Positions 1 through 7,078 of a stretch of DNA of 46,424 nt are shown here, in pieces. The position numbers and the translations under genes are program-made. Under the pieces are notes generated by a model, which made no database searches, was not told the origin of the DNA, and saw nothing but the letters and a program-made list of their open reading frames with translations. Position 1 is the first letter of the stretch. Every line of letters begins with the position of its first letter. Origin of the DNA: an uncultured Nitrospiraceae bacterium (GTDB lineage: Bacteria; Nitrospirota; Thermodesulfovibrionia; Thermodesulfovibrionales; SM23-35); assembly GCA_964404225.1 (NCBI GenBank), contig CAYOJI010000001.1, forward strand, positions 1 to 46,424, written 5' to 3'.

Positions 1-5
1 AAGAT

Positions 6-2159
6 TTGAATATGAGAAAAGAAGAGTACATTAATTTTAATATTCTCAAGCTCTTACATTCATGGACAAACATTGCAACAAGTATAGGTTCTTTACTTAT
101 TGTGGGGTTAACACTTCTTGATCTCCTTGTAACTCCTCACAATTTTAAAACATTCTTTTTATATAGAATTTTTGCTGGAACCGCTATCTTTGTACTTTAT
201 CTATTCAATAAGAGAAAGGTAAAAGAAAGTAGGCATCACATAATAACTATTATGGGCGCGGTTATAGTTTCAGGGATGGTCGCACTTATGATAGCAAAAT
301 TCGGGGGACATCAATCGCCCTATTTTGCTGGAATAATATTAACTATAGCTTTTGTTGTAGGCTTAGCACCTCTGAATATAAAAATGTGTATAATCGCTTC
401 GTTAATTATATATGCAATATATATAATTCCCATAATTATTTATGATACTATCTCAAATAAATCGTTTTTTATTAACGCAAATGTTTTTATTCTTTCAACC
501 GCTTTTACAATTATACTTTTGAGATATCTTATCCATAAAAGATTTGTAAGTGAGTTTAGCCTTCAGTATGATCTTGACCAACAAAAGAAACAACTCGAAA
601 TATATTCTAAGCAACTTGAAGAACTCGTTCAACAAAGGACAAAGGAGCTTGCTATCTCTGAGAAATGGCACAGGTCGCTTTTTGATAATGCTACCGAAGG
701 AATCATAGTGCTTGATAAGAATGGTGCTATTGTTAATGTTAATAAAATGGCATGTGAGTTACACGGCTTTACCAAAGAAGCTTTGATAGGTGTAAATATA
801 GAACTTCTTGAGGCAAAGGCGGATAAGGAAAAAATTAGAGAACGAATATCAAGAATTTTAAATGGTGAATCGCTTACTTATGAAACAGAGCATTATAGGA
901 AAGATGGTGAGAAGCTTATTTTAGAAATCAGTGCTAATCGAATAGAACTCGAAGGAGATATATTCATAGAATGCTTTTTAAGAGATATAACTGAAAAGAA
1001 AAAGATTCAAGAGCAACTTATTCATTCCCAGAAAATGGAATCTATAGGTGCACTTGCAGGCGGGATTGCTCATAACTTTAATAATATTTTGACTTCCATT
1101 CTTGGATATGCAGAGTTATTGCTTGAATATGGTAAGCTTGACCAGACGTCAAAAGATAGAGTAAAAAGTATTGAAAGTTCCGCTCGGAAGGCAGGAACAA
1201 TGGTGTCAAAACTCCTAAGCTTCGCAAGGCGAGAGACACACGAGGTCCTTCCTTTAAATTTTCATGATATCATTAATGATAACGTTAAGCTTTTTGAAGG
1301 TATTCTCGACAAAAGAATAGGATTAAAACTAAGCCTTTGTGATAGCAACCCAATAATCGAAGGAGATCCAAATCAACTCGAGCAGGTTATTATGAATCTA
1401 ATAGTAAATGCTCGAGATGCGATGCCTGACGGGGGCTTGATTACAATAAAAACTGAGATCATAGAGGTTGGGAAAGACAAAACCTATTCTCCTGCTTATA
1501 TTAAAGAAGGTAAATATGTCGTGTTGAAAGTATCTGATACAGGATGTGGTATCCCGCAAAATATTATGAATAAAATATTTGATCCATTTTTTACAACCAA
1601 AGAAAAAGGTAAAGGAACAGGTCTCGGACTCGCCACAGTTTATGGCATAGTGAAAGATCACAAGGGGTATATTACGGTTCAAAGCGAAGTAGATAAAGGC
1701 ACAACTTTTACTATATATTTGCCGACCTCGGAAAAGATTGTTCATAAGATTACAAAACCTGAAATCTTTTCAATAGAAGGAAAGGAAGATATACTTGTTA
1801 TAGATGACGATGAATCAGTATTGAACTATATTAAGGATATACTCGAAAATCGCGGATATACCGTTACAACAGCAAATAATTCATTAACTGCGATAGATAT
1901 ATTCAGAAACATTTCTCATAAAATTCCACTTGTAATAACAGACATGCTTATGCCCCTTATGGAAGGCGGCGAACTTATCAGAAGATTAAAGGAAATAAAA
2001 CAAGATGTTAAGATAATTGTTATTTCTGGTTACACTGACGAAAGAATTCCTAAAGAGATAGTGGATGTTTTTATAAGAAAGCCATTTAAAAGTATGGAAT
2101 TACTGAAGGCGGTCAGAGCTCTTCTTGATATAAAAAGCAAGCACTTACCATTTTATTAA
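6..2159 (+). CDS. Hybrid sensor histidine kinase (multi-TM N-terminus, PAS, HisKA, HATPase_c, C-terminal receiver)
   Basis: 717-aa ORF. About 6 hydrophobic helices in the first ~180 aa. PAS-like block [25 protein letters not shown]-box [21 protein letters not shown]; N-box [10 protein letters not shown]; G-boxes DTGCGIP and [15 protein letters not shown]. Receiver ILVIDDDES...VITDMLMP...IVISGY...RKPF. Start ambiguous (TTG at 6 or ATG at 12) and upstream is off-window. 3' end overlaps convergent fabH by 15 nt. Confidence 0.9.
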   Translation: MNMRKEEYINFNILKLLHSWTNIATSIGSLLIVGLTLLDLLVTPHNFKTFFLYRIFAGTAIFVLYLFNKRKVKESRHHIITIMGAVIVSGMVALMIAKFGGHQSPYFAGIILTIAFVVGLAPLNIKMCIIASLIIYAIYIIPIIIYDTISNKSFFINANVFILSTAFTIILLRYLIHKRFVSEFSLQYDLDQQKKQLEIYSKQLEELVQQRTKELAISEKWHRSLFDNATEGIIVLDKNGAIVNVNKMACELHGFTKEALIGVNIELLEAKADKEKIRERISRILNGESLTYETEHYRKDGEKLILEISANRIELEGDIFIECFLRDITEKKKIQEQLIHSQKMESIGALAGGIAHNFNNILTSILGYAELLLEYGKLDQTSKDRVKSIESSARKAGTMVSKLLSFARRETHEVLPLNFHDIINDNVKLFEGILDKRIGLKLSLCDSNPIIEGDPNQLEQVIMNLIVNARDAMPDGGLITIKTEIIEVGKDKTYSPAYIKEGKYVVLKVSDTGCGIPQNIMNKIFDPFFTTKEKGKGTGLGLATVYGIVKDHKGYITVQSEVDKGTTFTIYLPTSEKIVHKITKPEIFSIEGKEDILVIDDDESVLNYIKDILENRGYTVTTANNSLTAIDIFRNISHKIPLVITDMLMPLMEGGELIRRLKEIKQDVKIIVISGYTDERIPKEIVDVFIRKPFKSMELLKAVRALLDIKSKHLPFY

Positions 2160-3125
2160 AGCCGAAGCCCATGTGAGGCCACCGCCAAATGCCTCGAGTA
2201 GAATGTAATCACCCCCTCTAATTCTTCCACTTGAGATTGACTCATCAAGTGCTATTGGAATAGAAGCTGCAGAGGTATTACCATATTTATTTAAATTTAC
2301 GACTACTTTTGACATTGGTAAACCTAATCTATCTGCGGTTGCCTGGATAATCCTAAGATTAGCCTGATGCGGTATAAGAAGAGAAAGTTGTGAAGACTCT
2401 AACCCTTGCTCTTCGAGTGTTTTGACAACAAGGTCTTCCAAAGTTCTTACTGCAATCTTAAAGGTTTCGTTACCTTTCATCTTGATGTAATGGAGCCCCT
2501 CTTTAACTGTTTTTTCAGAGGTTGGAGTTTTTGAGCCACCGCCCGGGATATTCAGAAGATCCCACATCCTTCCATCAGAATTTATATGCATTGAAATAAT
2601 GCCTCTATCTTCCTCTGTCGGCTCAAGAATCGCAACACCAGCGCCATCCCCAAAAAGAACACACGTTGTTCTATCCTTCCAGTCAGTAATCTTTGAAAGC
2701 ACTTCCGTTCCTACCACAAGGATTCTTTTATATGTTTTTGACCTAATAAAACTATCAGCGATTGAAAGGGCATATAAAAAACCTGAGCATGCTGCATTAA
2801 TATCAAAACCTACGGCATTTACAGCACCTAATTTTGCCTGAAGAAAACATGCTGTTGAAGGGAAAGGCATATCACCTGATACAGTCGCAACAATAATCAT
2901 TTCTATATCTTCGGGCGTCAATTTAGCCCTCTCAAGGGCAACTTTTGATGCCTCATAAGCAAGATCCGATGCAGCCTGATTTTCGTCTGCGATTCTTCTC
3001 TCTTTTATCCCTGTCCTTTCAGTAATCCATTCGTCAGATGTATCAACCATCTTTTCTAAGTCTCGATTCGTAAGAACTCGCTCTGGCAGATATGAGCCAG
3101 TGGCTATTATTCTACTTCTTAGCAA
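2145..3125 (-). CDS. fabH: 3-oxoacyl-ACP synthase III (KAS III)
   Basis: 326 aa. Catalytic-Cys context FDINAACSGFLYAL; HQANLRI; YGNTSAASIP; typical length; sits downstream of plsX as in the conserved rpmF-plsX-fabH cluster. Confidence 0.95.
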   Translation of the reverse strand: MLRSRIIATGSYLPERVLTNRDLEKMVDTSDEWITERTGIKERRIADENQAASDLAYEASKVALERAKLTPEDIEMIIVATVSGDMPFPSTACFLQAKLGAVNAVGFDINAACSGFLYALSIADSFIRSKTYKRILVVGTEVLSKITDWKDRTTCVLFGDGAGVAILEPTEEDRGIISMHINSDGRMWDLLNIPGGGSKTPTSEKTVKEGLHYIKMKGNETFKIAVRTLEDLVVKTLEEQGLESSQLSLLIPHQANLRIIQATADRLGLPMSKVVVNLNKYGNTSAASIPIALDESISSGRIRGGDYILLEAFGGGLTWASALIKW

Positions 3126-4140
3126 TTTTTAACCCCTCATGATGTGGGATGTCTTTTTCTATCTCAATTGATATAGCTTCATAAACCCTCTTTTTTGCCA
3201 AATCCGCTGCAACCCTTATGGCGTTCTTGATTGCTTTGGCAGTTGACCTTCCATGACTTATTATACACGTTCCATTAATACCTAAAAGAGGTGCACCGCC
3301 ATACTCATCATAATCTATCTTTTTTTTGAAATTCCTTAAAGAAGGCTTCATCAATAGATATCCTATTCTGCTTGTAGTCACGTTAACAACTTCCCTTTTG
3401 AGCATTTTTATCAGGGCATCTGCAAGTCCCTCGCTTGTCTTCAATATAACATTGCCTGTGAACCCATCACATACAATAACATCGGTATCACCTGTAAATA
3501 TGTCCTTGCCATCTATATTGCCAACAAAATTAATATCTGCTTCTTTAAGAAGATTAAAGGTCTCCTTTGTAAGTTCATTCCCTTTTGTATCTTCTTCACC
3601 AATACTAATTAGGGCGACCTTAGGTTCCTGCCTCCCGAGAACAACCTTACAATATGTGCTACCCATTAAGGCAAATTGTAGAAGATTGTAAGGCTTACAG
3701 TGAAGATTCGCACCAGCGTCGATTAAAACTAACGGTGCTTTCAGAGTTGGCATTATAGTCGCTATAGCTGGTCTGTCAACAACCTTTGATGGACGAAGTA
3801 GTAATAAAGCGGTTGCCATCACCACCCCCGAATGACCCGCGCTTACAAAGGCATCTGCTTCGCCGTTCTTTACAAGCTCAATTCCTCTCCTTATAGATGA
3901 ATCCTTTTTTTTTCTAATCGCAACAGTAGGGGATTCATCCATACTAACTTGCTGTGAGGCGTGTCTTATTGAGATTCTTTCGGGAGGATATTTTTTATTT
4001 CCGAGTTCTTTCTTTAAAGTTTGCTCATCACCAACAAGGATGACGTGTATATCATCAAAATTGCTGGTAGTCTCGACTGCGCCCTCGACAGTAACAGCAG
4101 GGGCATAATCACCTCCCATCGCATCAAGGGCAATTATCAT
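3112..4140 (-). CDS. plsX: Phosphate:acyl-ACP acyltransferase
   Basis: 342 aa. N-terminus MIIALDAMGGDYAP and GAPLLGINGTCIISHGRS are typical PlsX blocks. ATGA overlap with the rpmF stop. Confidence 0.93.
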   Translation of the reverse strand: MIIALDAMGGDYAPAVTVEGAVETTSNFDDIHVILVGDEQTLKKELGNKKYPPERISIRHASQQVSMDESPTVAIRKKKDSSIRRGIELVKNGEADAFVSAGHSGVVMATALLLLRPSKVVDRPAIATIMPTLKAPLVLIDAGANLHCKPYNLLQFALMGSTYCKVVLGRQEPKVALISIGEEDTKGNELTKETFNLLKEADINFVGNIDGKDIFTGDTDVIVCDGFTGNVILKTSEGLADALIKMLKREVVNVTTSRIGYLLMKPSLRNFKKKIDYDEYGGAPLLGINGTCIISHGRSTAKAIKNAIRVAADLAKKRVYEAISIEIEKDIPHHEGLKIAKK

Positions 4141-4325
4141 TTCTCTTTTTCGACTACCTCAAGAACCTTATGCCCATTGTATGAACCGCAACTTGGACAA
4201 ACCCTAAAAGAAATTTTTAGCTCGTTACAATCAGGACACAAACTAAGATTTGGAAGACATCCCTTCCAATTAGCCCTCCTTTTATCTCTCCTTGACCTTG
4301 TATGTCTATGAGTTGGATTAGCCAA
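4137..4325 (-). CDS. rpmF: 50S ribosomal protein L32
   Basis: 62 aa. N-terminus MANPTHRHTRSRRDKRRANW is typical of L32. Zinc-ribbon CPDC...CPSC. GGAGAAAAG Shine-Dalgarno upstream. Confidence 0.9.
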   Translation of the reverse strand: MANPTHRHTRSRRDKRRANWKGCLPNLSLCPDCNELKISFRVCPSCGSYNGHKVLEVVEKEK

Positions 4326-4359
4326 TTCTTTTCTCCTTCCTTGAAATAATTTCTAATTC

Positions 4360-4452
4360 AAAATTCTAAATCTTAAATTCTAATGACATAAATAAAAACG
4401 GCCTTGATCGTTTGTTCTCGTTTAGAATTTTGTGTTTCGAATTTAGAATTTT
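4360..4452. repeat. Cluster of AAATTCTAA / TTAGAATTT 9-11-mers (two or three direct copies and two inverted) in the yceD-rpmF spacer
   Basis: AAAATTCTAAA at 4360-4370 and AAATTCTAA at 4375-4383. Inverted copies TTTAGAATTTT at 4421-4431 and 4442-4452, the last overlapping the yceD stop. The 4360-4370 / 4421-4431 pair is a perfect 11-bp inverted repeat. Confidence 0.7.
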
Positions 4453-4937
4453 ATATTTTTTAATACTTCAAATCTTGGATCTATTTCTTTTATGTTACAA
4501 CCACATTCACCAGTATTAAGATCCATACCACACTTTGGACATATACCTCTACATAATTCAGTACATAAAGGTTTCATTGGTAAATTCAATATTATCTGTT
4601 CATTCATAAGATTAAGTAAATCAAGTTCTACCCCAGAATAAAAATCCATATCGAGTTCTTCAAGCTTAATTTCATGCATCTCTTCGTCTTTAAGCTCTTC
4701 AACTGGATGATAAACAACGTCAATTTCAATATCAATATTTTCATACAAATCTTTAAGACATCTACTACATTGAAGCTTTATCTCCGCTACAAGATCACCT
4801 TTAATGGTAATCTCTGTACCTACCTTATCAATCTTCAAATGTGCCTTGATAGGTGATACTATATAATCAGATAGAATTGTCTCCTCTAACTCTAAATCTA
4901 AACCTTCTTTGGGTATATCTGGTATTAATAGTTTCAT
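4443..4937 (-). CDS. yceD: YceD/DUF177 family protein (large-subunit ribosome maturation associated)
   Basis: 164 aa, acidic, with C-terminal Cys cluster CTELCRGICPKCGMDLNTGECGC. Conserved position immediately upstream of rpmF. Confidence 0.85.
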   Translation of the reverse strand: MKLLIPDIPKEGLDLELEETILSDYIVSPIKAHLKIDKVGTEITIKGDLVAEIKLQCSRCLKDLYENIDIEIDVVYHPVEELKDEEMHEIKLEELDMDFYSGVELDLLNLMNEQIILNLPMKPLCTELCRGICPKCGMDLNTGECGCNIKEIDPRFEVLKNIKF

Positions 4938-4996
4938 TAATTTAGCAAATAAAATCCAATAGTTTAAAGTTAATTATAAAAATTGATATAAAAAAC

Positions 4997-5575
4997 TGTC
5001 AAGCATAGCTTCTCCACCTCAAAATCCTCAAAGGTACAATAAATTCCATAGCATAGGGCACTGAAAATTCCATAGTCAAAAAACAACAAAAAACTAAATA
5101 ATACCCTTCTTGAATACAGTCAAGGAGGGGCTATGTTAGGGGTAGCTATGTATACAACGATAAAGACATTAAGAGGACTTGGGAAAAACAAGAGTGAGAT
5201 TGCCCGATTGACAGGGCATGATTGGAAGACAGTAAGCAAAGTTATCAAGAGTATAGACAACGGGAAGAGATACCTGAGATGAAAGAAAGGCAAAGTATAG
5301 TAGAACCCTTCAAGAAAAAGGTAATAGAACTTCTTGAAAGAGGGCTTAGCGGAGTAAGGATACATGAGGAAATAGTCAAAGATGGTTTTTGTGGTTCATA
5401 CTCAGCTGTAAAGAATATATACGGAAGATAAAGGGCAGGGAGAAGATATATATAAGAATCCACACACACCCCTGGGGGCGTTTGGCGAAGCCGATTTTTC
5501 AGGTTTATCACCTGATCATGTTCTTTTTGATAATATTGACCTTAATGATGATAAAAAAAGCAGAAAAGTAGTTGG
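4997..5575 (+). mobile_element. Degraded IS21-family insertion sequence remnant (left end plus 5' part of istA; no istB)
   Basis: Candidate left terminus TGTCAAGC at 4997. Direct repeats AAATTCCATAG at 5041-5051 and 5065-5075, like the sub-terminal repeats at IS21 ends. AAGGAGGGG SD then a frameshifted IstA-like reading frame. Boundaries are approximate. Confidence 0.55.
5133..5510 (+). pseudogene. IS21-family transposase (IstA) N-terminal fragment with at least two frameshifts, truncated before the DDE core
   Basis: Frame 1 (5133-5282): MLGVAMYTTIKTLRGLGKNKSEIARLTGHDWKTVSKVIKSIDNGKRY (HTH). Frame 2: PEMKERQSIVEPFKKKVIELLERGLSGVRIHEEIVKDGFCGSYSAVKNIYGR (second HTH, typical G-Y/F-x-GSYS-x-VK-x-Y). 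Frame 3: IKGREKIYIRIHTHP... where intact IstA continues PGExxQxDFG; the sequence then decays. Confidence 0.6.
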
Positions 5576-5622
5576 AGTAGATTTTACGTGAGGCAACAGG
5601 GCATACGAATTGCCTCATTCAG

Positions 5623-5644
5623 GTTAGGATATCACCAACAGATG
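5623..5644. repeat. 22-nt motif GTTAGGATATCACCAACAGATG, copy 1 (copy 2 at 34453-34474)
   Basis: 21/22 identity with 34453-34474, both intergenic. Here it includes the left arm of the hairpin ATCACCA(5631-5637)-N8-TGGTGAT(5646-5652), and a second hairpin GAGGCAA-N12-TTGCCTC at 5590-5615 precedes it. Confidence 0.75.
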
Positions 5645-5705
5645 ATGGTGATGTGTTAACCAACGACCAGCTTGAATTTTGTTAAGAATTTAAGGCTGAG
5701 GAATC

Positions 5706-6473
5706 TTAAGGAATGTTAAGTGTATCAAGAACTTTGAAAAATTCACTTAGTGCATTAGAATCAGAAGGTATATTCATTATAGGCTTTCCATTTAGGTCGT
5801 TATTGAAAATTATATTATCATTTGGGATAAAACCAGCAACAAAAAGACCATTGTCTTCCGAATACTTCTTTAATAAACGAACCTCTTCGTCTAAAATCCT
5901 ATTTATAATCAGTACTCTTTTTTCGATATTTAGATTCAACTCATCAATTAATTCATTAATCCTTTTTGCAGTATGTACACCCTTTATTGAAGGATCACTC
6001 ACTATCATCAATAAGTTCACCGTATGAGTTGTCCTCCTGCTTAGATGTTCCATGCCTGCCTCATTATCAATGACAACATAAGAATAAGATAGAGAAAGTT
6101 TATCTGTATATTTTCTTATAATATTATTGGCTGCACAATAACATCCAGGACCCTCTGGCCTACCCATAACTATCAGATCAAATCCTTTCGATTCAATCAA
6201 TGACTGTTGCACCTGATAATCAAACAACTCTTCCGTTGACATACCGCCGGGTCTATCAAAACTATTTCTTATTAAATTAAGAGATTCTTCTCTCAATTTA
6301 CCTATAGTAGTATGAACCTTGACTCCAAGAGCCTCGTTCAAACAACTATTTGGATCAGCATCAACAGCAAGTACTGGCTTTTTCTTTCTTTCAATAATAT
6401 AGCGTATCGTTAATGCAGCTAAGGTTGTTTTTCCTGTGCCACCTTTTCCTGCTAAGGCAATTATAAAGGACAT
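5706..6473 (-). CDS. cooC: CooC/AcsF-type nickel-insertion ATPase (MinD/ParA superfamily; CO dehydrogenase maturation factor family)
   Basis: 255 aa. Deviant Walker A AGKGGTGKTT; VDADPNS; diagnostic GPGCYCAANN (C-x-C metal motif). No CODH/ACS gene in the window. Confidence 0.85.
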   Translation of the reverse strand: MSFIIALAGKGGTGKTTLAALTIRYIIERKKKPVLAVDADPNSCLNEALGVKVHTTIGKLREESLNLIRNSFDRPGGMSTEELFDYQVQQSLIESKGFDLIVMGRPEGPGCYCAANNIIRKYTDKLSLSYSYVVIDNEAGMEHLSRRTTHTVNLLMIVSDPSIKGVHTAKRINELIDELNLNIEKRVLIINRILDEEVRLLKKYSEDNGLFVAGFIPNDNIIFNNDLNGKPIMNIPSDSNALSEFFKVLDTLNIP

Positions 6474-6536
6474 AATTTATTATATAACAAAGATTAGTTG
6501 AATTTTTTTAGCCAATAAAAGAAAATAATATTAGTT

Positions 6537-7022
6537 ATGAAGGAAATGCCTATCAAATTCTTTCTTAGTGTTTTAATGACTCTATTGTTAATCATTTTTA
6601 TCCCATCTTCAAATCAAGGAGAAAATAAAAAAGATGTCCCCAAGTATGTTGGATCAGAAGCCTGTAAAAAATGTCATGAAACAGAGTATAAAAGTTTTAT
6701 AACCTATGCAAAAAAAGCCACTTCTTATAATAGCATTGAAAGAATAAAAGATAGGTTAACAGAAGAAGAACTTAGAGGTTGCTATTTTTGCCATACAACA
6801 GGGTACGGTAAACCGGGCGGTTTTATAAGTGTTGAAAAGACACCCCATCTAAAGAACGCAGGATGTGAGGTATGCCACGGACCAGGGGAGTTTCATGTAA
6901 AAACACAAAATCCAACCTATATAAAAAGCAAACTAACAATAAAAGATTGTGAAGACTGTCATACTGAGGAAAGGATTAAGGCTTTTAGATATAAACCATT
7001 GATTCATGGGGGGGCACATTAG
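6537..7022 (+). CDS. Secreted tetraheme c-type cytochrome
   Basis: 161 aa. N-terminal signal/anchor FFLSVLMTLLLIIFIPSS. Four CxxCH motifs: CKKCH, CYFCH, CEVCH, CEDCH. Confidence 0.85.
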   Translation: MKEMPIKFFLSVLMTLLLIIFIPSSNQGENKKDVPKYVGSEACKKCHETEYKSFITYAKKATSYNSIERIKDRLTEEELRGCYFCHTTGYGKPGGFISVEKTPHLKNAGCEVCHGPGEFHVKTQNPTYIKSKLTIKDCEDCHTEERIKAFRYKPLIHGGAH

Positions 7023-7078
7023 AAGTCTAAGTATAATAAGTATAATAAATTTTTCTTCAGAAGACCTTTATAGACAAT

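Noticed and set aside
4027-4036. ATCACCAACA inside plsX, matching the core of the 22-nt motif.
   Set aside because: It is only a 10-nt match within coding sequence, and the flanks differ. This is within chance expectation for a window of this size.
1398-4311. Track ORFs 1398-1745(-), 2599-2841(+), 3326-3691(+) and 4021-4311(+), lying opposite the kinase, fabH, plsX and rpmF.
   Set aside because: All lie antisense inside genes with strong motif support. None has an RBS or a recognisable domain.
5567-5590. Possible IS21 right inverted repeat (TTGGAGTAGATTT versus the reverse complement of the left end, GTGGAGAAGCTAT).
   Set aside because: Only about 9 of 13 positions match and the similarity does not extend. 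That is insufficient to define the right end of the element.
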